Shown: positions 52,460-64,000, counted from the first letter of the stretch. The stretch: 64,000 nucleotides of DNA from Hypanus sabinus (GCF_030144855.1 NC_082727.1:51708001-51772000); one strand, 5' to 3'. Translations and numbers: made by a program. Notes: a model not told the origin generated them from the sequence alone.

Positions 52460-52800
52460 CACCCCCCCCCCCCCCCACCTTCCTCTAATCCCCACTCTGA
52501 CCTTCCACATCTTCTCATCTGCCTATTACATCCGCTTGTGTCCCTCCTCCTTCCCTTTCTCCAATTGTCCACTCTCTTCTCCTAACAGATTCTTTCTCCT
52601 CCAGCCCTTGACCTTTCTGGCCCACCTGGCTTCACCTATCACCTTCCAGCCAGCCTCTTTCCCCTCCTCACTCCTCCCCCAACCATCTTTTAATTCAGGC
52701 ATCTCAGTCCTGAAGAAGGGACCCTGCCCGAAACATTGACTGCATACTCTTTTCCATAGATACATCCTGACCTGCTGAGTTCCTCCATTTTGTGTGTATT
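52460..52800 (+). mobile_element. Penelope terminal repeat with hammerhead motif
   Basis: Homologous to 16186-16500 (reverse complement), 58630-58990 and 60075-60525. Confidence 0.85.
52705..52742 (+). ncRNA. Minimal type I hammerhead ribozyme motif (retroelement-borne)
   Basis: CAGTC-CTGAAGA-A-GGG accctg CCC-GAAA-CA-TT-GACTG: stem I and stem II pair, CUGANGA and GAAA are intact. Confidence 0.65.
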
Positions 52801-53059
52801 CCTTCAGCTACTTTTGAATGCTTGCTTAGGGGTAAAGTAACCCCCCCCCCCCCCACCCAATGCTGCTGTGCAATCTTATTCATATGACAACAAACAGTAT
52901 TAATAGTCTAGAAGAGGAAGGATTGAAGCAAGAACTGTTTTTGCGTAGTCATCAGATCACTTGAGGATTTAAGTGGAAATTTAACACCTTTACCCTTGTT
53001 TCTGTCAGCTAACTCTACACAGACCAGTGACCTTCCGTGTTTCATTTCATTTATTTATC

Positions 53060-53445
53060 TGTTTTCAGTATGTGGCTTTTACTGGAAAAGCCAGCATTTA
53101 TTACCCATTCTAAATGGCCCTTGAACTGAATGCTTCTGCTTGGCTATTTCAGGTGTCAGGTAAGAGTCCATCACATCAAGGTCTGGAGTCGTATACTGAA
53201 CAGAGCAGGAAGGAATGACAGATTTTCTTCCCTAAAGGGCATAAGTGAACCAGATGTGTGTTTTACAACAAACCAGTAGTAGTGTAATCATTGTTACTAA
53301 TGTACTGATTTTTGGTTTTAGTTTCAGCTTATCAACAGAATATTAAATTCCACAACTGGGATTTTATCTCTGCTTTCTTTGGTTGTCAGACCAGGCCTCC
53401 GGGTTGTCATTCTAGGCCTCTAGATTACTAGACCAGTAATTTGAC
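53060..53445 (-). mobile_element. Old SINE family, copy 2
   Basis: GCCAGCATTTATTACCCATTCTAAATGGCCCTTGAAC..GAACCAGATG..TTTTACAACAAAC; homologous to 40030-40335. Confidence 0.6.
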
Positions 53446-54777
53446 CATCCCTCTGCCTCTATATCACACTGAGCAGAACATTTGCCTTTTGATTCAGCAG
53501 GAAGCCTAAAAGCCTGTTCGATAAAGTAAGACCAAATTTTAGTAGTCAGCTGCGACACATTCACATTTTAATGACAGAAGAATAGCTGTGTTTCTTTCTA
53601 GTCGTTAAAGTTTTCATTGGAAATTGGAGACCATTCTGCTGTCCCTGTATAGGCGATGAAGTATGCTCGTGCAGACCGCTCACTACAATACTTACAATGC
53701 AACATGAGCTTCAGGTGAAAATGCAGCTCCCTGCTTGCTTTGGAGTGAAAATGGTGGCAATTTTGTGCTTTGTGCTCCTTTATGAAACACAGCAGACACT
53801 GTGTGGAATGAGACAGTATGCATAAGCACACTCACTAACTAAAGTCGTAATTTGGCTGAACCACAACTGGGGCAACGAAATTTAAGAAGCTTGATATTTA
53901 ATAGGGGAAAAAAACATGTGAAATATTCAGATTTGGTATCATGGGCCAACTGCTGATTAGAACTGTGAACTGAACAACAAACATCTTTGATATTGGACTG
54001 CGCTGAAAATGAATTTTTAAATGTACAGATCCAGAAACTGTAGTGTTTTGCACATCTGCTCTGTAATTCCAAACAGCTGTATCTTTCTGATGTTGTTGGC
54101 TGCCAAGGTGACAGATGACTGTTCCATTTGGAGATTAGACCGCACATGTGCTAACCCCAACATTGGTGTGGGTGGCAACTGGGAGGATTGTGTGGTTAAA
54201 CGAGGCTATCAGGAGACATTATTTGAACGGATTTGGAAAAAAGGAGTCTGCATGAGACCAGATAGGTAAGGAATGCCTCAAAATAGTACCTGTCCAGCAG
54301 GTCTGCATACATTGTACAAAGCCTGTTATCCAAGTGTTGTTTTGTAACAGAGGATCATATGAAAAGAGAAGATTATTGCTTAGCCGTCAAGACTGATTAC
54401 TGCAGGCAAATGTTAATCTGTGAGTAACTAGAAAGCTATCTGTAGTCTTTAAATCAATAGCATGCAACAAAATTGGAGACAAAAGAAATGAGTTTTCTAT
54501 CGTGTAATGATAAGCTAGAAGATTTTGCCTTCCCCTGAGTCAACTGGTTAGTTATCCAAGATAGGTAACTACATTATTCATCAATGGAAAGTTTTTTTTT
54601 CTTAAATGTATTATGTTGCACCGTTATAAATAACTAATGAATCAATGTTTAGCAGCAAACAGGAGTTTTTAGTTCACCTAAATCATGTTTGCTGCATTTT
54701 CAGAAATCGTTGAGGTCCTCTGTTCCTTTACTCTTAACCTATTAATGAAATTTTCTAAGAACAGTTTCCACCAATAA

Positions 54778-55420
54778 AGTTCAAAGTAATTTTTTATTAT
54801 CAAAGTACATATATGTCACCTTATACCACCCTGAGACTCATTTTCCTGTGAGCATATTCAGCAAATCTACAGAGTAGTCACTATAACAGGATCAATGAAA
54901 GATCAACCAGAGTGTAGAAGACAACAAACTGCAAATGCAAATATAAATAAATAGAAGTAAATAATGAGAACATGATATAATGGGGTCAAGAACCCTTGAA
55001 GTAAGATCATTGGTTGTGGAAGAATTTCAATGAAGGGGCAAGTGTGTGTAGTTATCTACTTTTGTTCAAGAGCCTGATGGTTGAGGGCTGGTGACTGTTC
55101 CTGACCCTACTGGTGTAAGTCCTGAGGCTCTTATTCTTTCTGCCTGATGACAGCAGTGAGAAGAGAGTGGGTGGTGGAGGAGATCTCTGATGATGATGAT
55201 TACAGCTTTCCTATGACAGTGTTTTATGTTAATGTTTGGGAGGGTTTTACCTGTGCTGTACTGGGCCAAATCCACTACCTTTTGTAGGGTTTCCCATTCA
55301 AAGGCATTGGTGTTTCCATACCCGGCTGTGATTTAACCAGTCAATATACTGTCCACTACACACCTTTAGAAGTTTGCAATGTTTTAGATGCCATGCTGAA
55401 TCTCCACAGACTCCTAAGGA
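54778..55420 (-). mobile_element. Rex-like LINE 3' end
   Basis: Homologous to 5190-5640; MDLAQY.TGKTLP remnant. Confidence 0.75.
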
Positions 55421-55494
55421 AGGAAGTAAGAACTAACTGTAAGTGGCTGCTGTTTGTGTGTAGGCCTGGAACTGATTGTTAATTACTCCATTAA

Positions 55495-55682
55495 CACCAT
55501 TAAGAGATTGCTCTTTGACAAGGCAGTAGGTCTGTGGAGCACTCTTCCTCTGAGCATAGCGGAAACTGAATATTTGAAAATTTATAAACAGAAATAGATT
55601 TTTGATGAGTAAGGGCATAAAATGTTATCGAGGACAGATAGGAATGTGGTGATCACAGGCAGATCAGCCATAATCTCATTCG
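55495..55682 (+). mobile_element. CR1 3' fragment
   Basis: AGGTCTGTGGAGCACTCTTCC..ATAGATTTTTGATGAGTAAGGG..GATCAGCCAT. Confidence 0.65.
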
Positions 55683-55704
55683 AGCCTTTAAAAAAATAAG
55701 ACAT

Positions 55705-55850
55705 CATTCCCTTCCCCTCACCTTTTTATTCTGGTGTCTTTCCCCTTTTCAGTCCTGAAGAAGAGTCTCGGCCTGAAATGTCGACTGTTTATTCATTTCC
55801 ATAGATGTTACCCGACCTGCTGAGTTCCTCCAGCATTTTGTGCATGTTGG
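55705..55850 (+). mobile_element. Penelope terminal-repeat fragment
   Basis: Hammerhead motif plus CCATAGATG..GACCTGCTGAGTTCCTCCAGCATTTTGTG. Confidence 0.8.
55750..55787 (+). ncRNA. Minimal type I hammerhead ribozyme motif (retroelement-borne)
   Basis: CAGTC-CTGAAGA-AGAGTCTCGGCCT-GAAA-TG-TC-GACTG; predicted GUC cleavage triplet ends at 55782. Confidence 0.65.
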
Positions 55851-55861
55851 ATAAGAAGTTA

Positions 55862-56148
55862 GTGGCGTGTGGCCAAGTGGATAAGGCGTTGGACTAGCGA
55901 TCTGAAGGTTGTGAGTTCAAGCCCCAGCCGAGGCAGCATGTTGCGTCCTTGAGCAAGGCACTTAGTCACACCTTACTCCAGTCCACCCAGCTGAAAATGG
56001 GTACCGGCAAAATGCTGGGGGTTAACCTAGTGATAGACTGGCATCATCTGGGGTGGAGTCTCGTACTCTCAGTTGCTTCTTGGCATAAACTGGCATAAGC
56101 ACCAGCCTGATGAGCCTATAAAAGGCTTGGGACAGACTTTAACTTTAC
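55862..56148 (+). mobile_element. Full-length tRNA-derived SINE with a Meta-domain-like body
   Basis: A box TGGCCAAGTGG 55870-55880, B box GAGTTCAAGCC 55913-55923; body GTCCTTGAGCAAGGCAC..TCCACCCAGCTG..AAATGGGTACCGGC; (ACTTTA)n tail. Confidence 0.8.
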
Positions 56149-57443
56149 ATAGGAGCAGTATTAGCCATTCCATTATCTGCCATTCCATCATGACTGATTT
56201 ATTATCTTTCTATAAGACCATAAGATATAGGAGTAGAATTAGTCCATTCGAACTTGGTCATTTACCTTCTCGCACAGGATCAGCAACATAATTGAACTGA
56301 AGGGGTTGCCCCCTCATAGCCAGCCTCTCTGATGTAAAGCTCCAAAACTTGTCATGTCCCCACCTTTGTGCCTCAGGGCTCTGTAGCTGGTCTCCTATTT
56401 TGCTGAACTTGCAAGGAACCCAAGGCAAACTCAGGAAGCCAGGAAGGGTAGCACATAGCCAATGGCCAGTCTGCTGAATTAAGAATTGACTCTTAATTAT
56501 GTGGACGTCAATAATAATCTTTCTGCTTTGGCATTCTTCCTTTAGAGAATAGTTTGGACTAGTGGAAGGATCTGCAGGATAATTATCGTGTTGATATGTC
56601 AAGACCTGAACTCTTATTCCCTAACTGTGACAGTCGGTATATCAGCCAGTCGACTGGCTGGTCATATTTGGTGGAAGAAGTTTTAGAGACCTTGTAGTTC
56701 CCAAGTGGATGGTAGGAAATGTAGAGGAGGCTGGGCCCAAAAAGCAGAGCAGCAGAAACAATTTAGTGGAATGCATTTTAACCCTTTGTTCATGTAAACT
56801 GCTGCTGTTTCCACTTCCCCTTCTTGCTTAAAGTTATTCAAGATTTCACCGCCTCCATATTTCCCATGAGTTCATGGCTAAATTAGGTTTGCAGCATCAC
56901 CAAAGTAGGCTGCAAGTTTTGATTTAGCAATGAGTGGCAGGTGACTCGTATCAGCTGGCGCCTGCATGTGCATGAACCCATGTCCACAGGAAGGACGTGC
57001 AGACTCCTTACAAGTGACGTCAGAGCTGAACTCCAACTTCCGACGCCACAAGCTGTAAAAGCATTGTGATGACCACTGTGGCACCCACCCTAAGCTAATC
57101 CACTGAATTGTCTCTGCATTCCAAACAATTTCCACCCAAACGGTAGCACTTAACTACAGTACATACAGTACTAGGGGTAGTCTACAATGGGAAAGTTACA
57201 GTAGCCCATTAGCCTACCAACCCAGTCATTTTTGGCAAGAATGCAGAGGATATACACAGTCAGTTACAAGGAGACTGCGTTCACTCTACACAGATAGCAC
57301 CAGAGGTCGGGATTGTGCTGGGATTATGAGATAACTGATCTACTAGCTGTGACATTCCTAAATGTATGTTGAGAAAATGTAATAATGAGGTTTAGAAGTT
57401 AAAGGTTATTGTGATGGAAGTACAGTGTATGGCCTACATAATA

Positions 57444-57985
57444 CATTACTGTGCAAAAGTCTTAAGCACATATACATTGCTAGGGCGCCTAAGACTTTTG
57501 CACAATACTGTAGTAATTTTGTGTATTGCACCGTACTGCTGTCGCAAAAAAATTCATGACATATGTGAGTGATGATAGACCTGATTCTGCTGTGGTTCTC
57601 AATTGTGGACTGAGAGTGGGGAGGGGACAGGAAGAAGGGAATCATGGTAGGGAAAAGGGGAAGGAAGAGGGGAGGAAGCAGGAAGTACCAGAGAGACATT
57701 CTGTAAGGATCAATAATCCAATTGTTTGGAATCAAATGGCCTTGCCTGGTGTCTCAAGGCTGGGTATATCGGCACCCACACCACCCATCCCCTGCCCCTG
57801 GCACTTTTCTCTGCCACCTGTCCCACACCCCTCGCACAATACTCCACCCTCACCATTCCCAACATCCTTTGCTCCCATCATATTTAGAAGCTCGCTCTCC
57901 ACTCCACGCTGACAAATACAGTACTGTGCAAAACTCTTTGACACATATGTATAGCTAGGGTGCCTAAGACTTTTGCACAGTATTG
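57444..57985 (+). mobile_element. Composite Tc1/mariner-type non-autonomous element, copy 2
   Basis: TA flanks; palindromic 67-bp units at 57444-57510 and 57919-57985; interior includes a LINE 3' tail. Confidence 0.85.
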
Positions 57986-58629
57986 TACATAGACAGTATA
58001 TGTCACACACTATCCCTCTATTTCCTCACTGGAAGCTACAGTTTGAGATTGTGCTTCTCACATCCTGTTGATCAGCAGAATATATAATTTATAGACTATC
58101 ACTTTACTCCAATAACTTATTTATATTAAAGCGCTACAGGTGAAGTCATTTGGTGAGCACGCTGACCATGCAATCAGAATCCCTGTCACACAGACATGTG
58201 ATGCTCAATTGTATTTATGAGTTAAAGTATTATTACTAATAAAACAGGAGCTGCTATTGCGTTGAATCTGCTTTAGGCAGCCAATGCTAAATTGAACCAC
58301 TCAGAAATAATGACTTGGGTCATATTGACATTAAGGGCTTGAACTTTTGCTAAGCTTACACTGTGGTAAGAATGCTTAACACATTTCTGTGGAATATTTT
58401 GACCAGTGTTTTTATTAGGGGGCCTGACCGATTTGTTTCGCTACTTTCATTTGTTTTGCTGCTATTCATATAGTTTGAAGTTAATGAGGAGTAGATGGGA
58501 ATATTTGCATTTGTCTTTAATGGGCTGTTACGTTTTCCAGTTAAGTGGGAAACTATGTGGAACCGTTTGCCGATGTGTTCAAATATACCTTTCCCTTCTA
58601 TATTCATTCTCCACTCAGCACTGAATACT

Positions 58630-58990
58630 GTATGAGCCTCCAGATGGTATGAATATCAATTTCTACTTCTGGTAAACTAATTCTGCACCCTCCTTCCTCT
58701 ATTCCCCACTCTGACCTTTTACCGCTTCTCACTTTCCGCAGGGTCCCTTTCTCCTATGGTCCACTCTCCTTGTCTAACAGATTCCTTCTTCTGCAGCTCT
58801 TGACCTTTCCGACCCGTTTGGCTTCACCCATCACCTTCCAGCTAGCCTCTTTCCCCTCCCCCACTTTTACTTCTGGTGTCTTCCTTTTCTGTCCTGGAGA
58901 ACGCTCTCGGCCCGAAGCATCGACTGTTTGTTCATTTCCATAGATGCTGCCAGACCTGCTGAGTTTCTCCAGCATTTTGTGTGTTTGCTG
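58630..58990 (+). mobile_element. Penelope 3' fragment
   Basis: AGCCTCCAGATGGTATGAATATC (GIY-YIG end) and a decayed hammerhead at 58889-58926. Confidence 0.8.
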
Positions 58991-60074
58991 TAATGCTGAA
59001 GCATTCATTTCTATTGGCAGATGTTGCTTGAAGCTGCTGAAATCACCCCAGCTCTGCTGTTTGTTAAGGCGTTCACACGCTAACATTTATCCTTCTGAAA
59101 TTCTGTTTATTTTCCAGAAATGTTCTCTTTCAGGTTTTTAAACTATTTCCAAAGGGTGTCTGCAGCCTTTTGCACATTGCACAAAGGAGTGCTAATTAGA
59201 GATATTACTGTCATACATTGGATTGTGGACTACATTTGAAAGAAAAGTGGAAGTGTGCAAGCTCACATTGGGTGCCCAGTAATCCGTTCACATTTGTGTC
59301 CCTAATTAATGTTATTTACTGTGCACCACATTTCAATTACTTGTTACATCTCAAAAAAACAGATCCTGACCTCAAGGTTCAAGGCTTGTAGAATGATTTT
59401 AGCCAGGACAGACTGTCTGAAGAGTTCTGTGTAACAGTATAATGGAAGAGAAGTGGCAGAGAGTTGCAGTGACTATAGAGAGTGCTGATAATAAAAATGT
59501 TTTTTTTGCAAAATGGATTGCATGATTAATTGGGTTTATGTTTGATTGTTTAATTGTGAGTGTTCTGAATCTGTTGTGTGTTTACGATTTCTTTTCACCC
59601 TCCCAAGTGCACTTGCTGGGATCTGCTTCCACTGGTGCCAGCAACCCTTCATTATCTCAGATAAGTGGCCATTCTTGGTGCACAAGCCTGGACAATGAAT
59701 GTCAGTGGGCTGTCCAGCTGTGAAATGTGATAAGTGTAGAGCCAGCACTCTCACACCAACATACTCATGCACTGGGGAAGAGTTCCTGTCTTCACACGAG
59801 TCCAAGTACTGTTGCCTCAACAGTAACCGAGCTTGTATTGTACCCAAAATATTGGAAATGTGCTTACTGGCTTGGAGAAAGGAAATGAGTTGAATTAGAC
59901 TTGAGAGAGAAGCAAACCTGAGGGGAAATAATATGGGTGGGTTTCGTTAAGGGTGGGAGAAAGAGCAGAGATGGAAAAGCAGAATTAGCCAAACACGAGG
60001 GAGAATATTCTGAAATGATGTCCAGTTTAGCTTAGTGTATGAAACTTGTACAACAATGGAGCCACTCTTGGGGT

Positions 60075-60525
60075 GGAGGAACAACATATTATATTCTGTC
60101 TGGGGAGCCTCCAGCCTGATGGTATGAATATTGATTTCTCCTTTTGGTAAAAAAAATCCTTCCCCCTCCCCCCTTTCTATTCACCATTCTGGCCTCTTAC
60201 CTCTTCTCACTTGCCTATCACATTCCCACGGGTTCCCTCCTCCTTCCCTGTCTCCCATGGTCCACCCTCCCTCCTATCAGATTCCTTCTTCTCCAGATCT
60301 TTACCTTTCCTTTCCCCCTGGATTCACACATCACCTTCTAGCTATCTTCCTTCCTCCCACTCCACCTTTCTATTCAGACATCCTCCCCCTTCCTTCTCAG
60401 TCCTGAAGAAGGGTCTCAGCCTGGAATACGGACTGCTTATTCATTTCCATAGATGCTGCCTGACCTGCTATCCTGCATTTTGTGTGTGTTGCTTTGGATT
60501 TCCAGCACCTGCAGTATTTCTCTTG
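60075..60525 (+). mobile_element. Penelope 3' fragment
   Basis: EEQHIIFCLGSLQPDGMNIDFS; hammerhead-like motif at 60398-60435. Confidence 0.85.
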
Positions 60526-61854
60526 TACAGATATATATTAGTTTATAATTTTAGTGAATATTATAAGTGGTTAGTAGATAGGTGGTTAGTGTTAGATTTT
60601 TTCTTTTATTTACACTTTGTATGTTGCTATTAAATAAATCATTAGCTAAATCTAAAAGAAGTATATACATAAAGTTAATTTATGAATTAAATACCTAAAA
60701 GCTCTGGAGAAGCAGTTTTTCTCCAAAATGGAGTTGGTGGCCAGTTGGACGATCGTAAGTAATCACATCGGTATCCTGTTCTGAATCATCAAGGTAGAGT
60801 GTGAATTGGAAGTGCTCTTGCTCATAAAGCAGGGGCAGGAATATCTGGGCAGTTTACTAAAGATCCAAGTCACATCTGATTGAGGTGATGGATCATAATA
60901 GGACTGAAGTAATTAATAATGAAAGGAATAACTAGAGCTCAAGATTCAAGGGACATTTATTATCAAAGTATGTATGCAGTATACAACCCTGAGATCCATC
61001 TCCCCAAATTAGATTTAGAGGTAGATTTGAAAACTTCAAAAGAAGAATCCCATCCAACATGGGCAAAGGCATCATCTTGAGGCAAGAGGTTTTCCAAATA
61101 GAAATTACCAGGAAAAGAAGTACACCAGTTTTATAGGGGAAATGGTGGGGGTGGATTGGCCTTTTACATTCAAAAGGAAGTCACTTCAGTGAAGATAGTA
61201 GATAATGGCCCAACCCTTCCTATGGAAGCAGGAAGTTCCATTTGGAAGAGCAATGCTCGACTGCAACTTGGCAAGCTGATTATATTGCAGTATATTTGTG
61301 CTTCGCTGTTGGATTTCTTGTGCAGTTCATTGGAAGAGGGCAAACAGGTGGAGATGTCACTGCAATTATGCTGACAAATCTGCACTGGGTCCAGCATTCA
61401 TTTCCAACTAAAGAAAAGGCTATTATCAAAGCTGTACATGCAGGATAATTTCACATTTATTATTTAATTAAGTCTATTGAAACATGTTTAATTGTTGCCC
61501 AGTGTTTCAAAAGAATTACTTTATTTAATCATTCAAAACTTTCAAATGTAACTCTTGATAATAATTTTAATAATTTTTGAGTGGTTGGGAATGTTGTTGA
61601 ATATCCTTGGCATTCACTATGACAGTTCTGACAGCTGATAAGCTTAGGGGGACAGGGAGTCTAGTTACCTGGCTCTCAAAGGACCCATAAGGTATAGGAC
61701 CTGTCAGCTTAACTTGGAAAGGGCTCCACTGAGTTGTGCCCCAGTACAACACTGGAAGTTGGTTTCCCAACAGAAACTTATACCCAGGATCCCATTCCAG
61801 GTAATGGGAGGGCCAGGGGAAGTTTTCTGAGCAGTGGAGACTGCGTTGGTTTAT

Positions 61855-62210
61855 TCATTCATTATGTGCCGTGTTGTATGATGTAGGTGATCATGGTCTT
61901 GACTGTGATTGCTCTTGGCAAATTTTTCTGCAGAAGTGGTTTGCCATTGCCTTCTTCTGGGCAGCGTCTTTCCAAGACAGGTTACCCTCGCCATTATCAA
62001 TGCTCTTCATAGATTGTCTGGTATCAGTAGTTGCATTACCAGGACTTGTGATATGTACCATCTGCTCATACGACCATCCACTACCTGCTCCCATTGCTGC
62101 ACGTCATCCTGACTGGGGGCTAAACACCCTGCTCACGGGTGACTTGCAGCCTAGCAGAAGGAAGGAGCGCCTTATACCTCCTTTCAGACATATCTCGACC
62201 CCACCACCCA
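61855..62210. mobile_element. RTE-associated SINE-like repeat, copy 2
   Basis: Homologous to 40982-41310; carries AAGTGGTTTGCCATTGCCTTC, as in RTE-mobilised SINEs. Confidence 0.65.
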
Positions 62211-62252
62211 CTGCATTGGTGCACCTTAGAAATAGAAAACATGAAAGACTGT

Positions 62253-64000
62253 GTTCTGGGCCTGATGGGTTCCCTGTAGAATTTTATAAATCATTCTCTT
62301 CTCTTCTTTCTCCTCAGTTACTTTCAGTATTATCTGACTCGTTTAATTACGGCAAACTGCCACCCTCTTTCAGTGAGGCATCTATTATTCTTCTTTTAAA
62401 AAAGGGCAAAGACCCAACAGAGTGTTCCTCGTATAGGCCAATCTCTCTGCTCAATGTTGATGTAAAGATCTTAGCTAAAGTTTTGGCTCGTAGATTAGAA
62501 ACCGTCATTCCCTCCATTATCTCTGATGACCAAACAGGCTTTATTAAAAACCATTTCCCTTTTTTTAACATTTGGCGTTTATTTAATATCTTATACTCAC
62601 CTCCAACTGGGATTCCTGAATGTGTTATTTCCCTCGATGCGGAGAAAGCATTTGATCGTATAGAGTGGAACTACCTTTTTGCAGTTTTAGAAAAATTTGA
62701 CCTTGGCCAAAGTTTCATCTCTTGGATTCAATTGCTGTACCTGTGTCCTTCTGCCTCTGTTTTAACCAATTTCCAGAAATCCCAAGTATTTAATCTCAAA
62801 CGTGGCACCCGCCAGGGATGCCCCTTAAGTCCCTTTCTCTTTGATCTGGCTATGGAGCCTCTGGCGATAGCATTTCGAAACTGCCCTGAATTGACTGGGA
62901 TTTGGAGAGGGGGTGTTGAGCATAAAGTTTCTCTCTATGCTGATGACTTATTACTCTTTCTCTCAAATCCGTCTACATCCTTACCTCTAATGTTTTCACT
63001 TCTTGACCAGTTTAGCCTGATCTCTGGCTATAAACTTAATTTACATAAGAGTGAACTTCTCCCAATTAATAAAGAAGCACAAGAACTAACATTTCATGAT
63101 GTCCCTTTTAAAGTAGTCCATAATCAATTTACTTATCTTGGAATTACAGTCACAAGGAAGTTTAAAGATCTCTTTCGTGAAAACTTTGCCAACCTTTCAT
63201 ATGCTATAAAACAGAGTCTGGTACAATGGTCACCTCTATCTATGTTTTTGGTAGGTCGTATTAATGTTGTTAAAATGTATGTTCTCCCCAAATTTTTATA
63301 TCTATTTCAATCTATCCCAATTTTTATTCCTAAATCTTTTTTTTGATTCCTTAGACTCTATTATTTTGTCATATCTGTGGCAGAATAAGCACTCTAGAAT
63401 TAATAAAATCCATCTCCAAAAATCTAAAAAAGAGGGTGGCATGGCTTTACCTAACTCTCGTTTATATTATTGGGCAGCTAATATACATTGTGCTACCTTC
63501 TGGTCTTTCTTCCATGGCCAACCCGAGTGCCCTAACTGGGTGGCGATGGAGCTGAGCTCCACTAAAGAATTATCTATCTCTGCACTTCTTGGCTCTGCAC
63601 TCCCTAGTAGTCTGCCCAGATCAATAGCTAATCCTCTTGTTAGACACACTTTGCGTATATGGGCTCAGATCAGGAAATGCTATGGTTTCCAGGGGTTTTC
63701 CGTTTCCAGCCCTATTGCTCATAATCACCTTTTTTTACCTACTACATATGATACAGCATTCCAGGTTTGGTATAGGAAGGGCATTAGACATTTTGAAGAT
63801 CTTTTCATTGATAATCGCTTCTCTTCTTTTCAGCAGCTCTCTGTTATGTTCAATCTGCCCAATGCTCATTTTTTCAGATATCTCCAAATCCGACACTTTA
63901 TTGCTCCTTTAATTCCAAACTTCCCTGAAATGCCTGCGGAAATTGCTATGGACCTATTTCTTTCCATGAATCCACTAGGTAAAGGCTTAATATCAATCAT
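62253..64000 (+). mobile_element. L1-clade LINE ORF2 (reverse transcriptase), 5'-truncated, runs off the window end
   Basis: GPDGFPVEFYK, SYRPISLLNVDVKILAKVLARRL, SLDAEKAFDRIEW, RGTRQGCPLSPFLF, SLYADD, YLGI; a frameshift in the poly-T near 63336-63343, after which it continues with KKEGGMALPN..YYWAA. Confidence 0.95.

Larger units (their letters stand above)
31658..64000 (+). other. CTBP2: Intron following the RIBEYE exon (continues beyond the window)
   Basis: GT donor at 31658; no IRPQIMNGP..PRPLVALLDGRDC exon was seen downstream in the window. Confidence 0.7.

Noticed and set aside
54021-54271. 82-aa ORF ending at a strong AG|GTAAGG donor as a CTBP2 coding exon
   Set aside because: The ORF meets the donor in phase 2, and the phase-1 frame has TGA at 54253; a non-coding first exon cannot be supported from sequence alone.
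55862-55935. tRNA gene
   Set aside because: A and B boxes are present, but the sequence runs on into a SINE body and tail, so it is a SINE head.
59536-59893. Cys-rich short ORFs as a zinc-binding microprotein
   Set aside because: No recognisable domain spacing or splice context; lengths are within chance expectation.
61871-63346. 491-aa ORF as a host gene or fusion protein
   Set aside because: It has a non-ATG start; the first ~125 codons are chance read-through of a SINE-like repeat and flank into a truncated L1 RT.
1-64000. CRISPR array, operon or prokaryotic defence system
   Set aside because: No regularly spaced repeat-spacer array or bacterial gene organisation was seen; the recurring motifs are dispersed vertebrate transposable elements.

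Overview
Vertebrate genomic DNA, most likely a cartilaginous fish (inferred from shark/ray-type CR1 LINEs, V-domain SINEs and Penelope remnants). The window lies inside CTBP2 on the + strand. The only confidently recognised host coding exon is the ~1.8 kb RIBEYE A-domain exon (ATG 29851, phase-1 donor after 31657), preceded by a cluster of OTX2/CRX-type sites. I did not see the shared CtBP2 B-domain exons or the canonical CtBP2 N-terminal exon; the latter might lie in a 144-nt N gap at 8422-8565, next to a candidate alternative N-terminal exon. The rest is intron densely filled with mobile DNA: CR1, Rex1/Babar-like, L1, short RTE derivatives, Penelope-like elements, SINEs, two solo LTRs, Tc1 remnants, hAT MITEs and a Chapaev-like transposon. 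The most unusual signals are (i) repeated minimal hammerhead-ribozyme motifs in the Penelope remnants, (ii) a composite element bounded by palindromic 67-bp mini-MITEs whose right unit is flipped between the two copies, (iii) a RAG1/Transib-like Chapaev element in a triple nested insertion, and (iv) candidate alternative CTBP2/RIBEYE isoform signals. No clearly new biological system is proven here. Family assignments are from recalled motifs, not database searches, and repeat boundaries are approximate unless target-site duplications (TSDs) are quoted.
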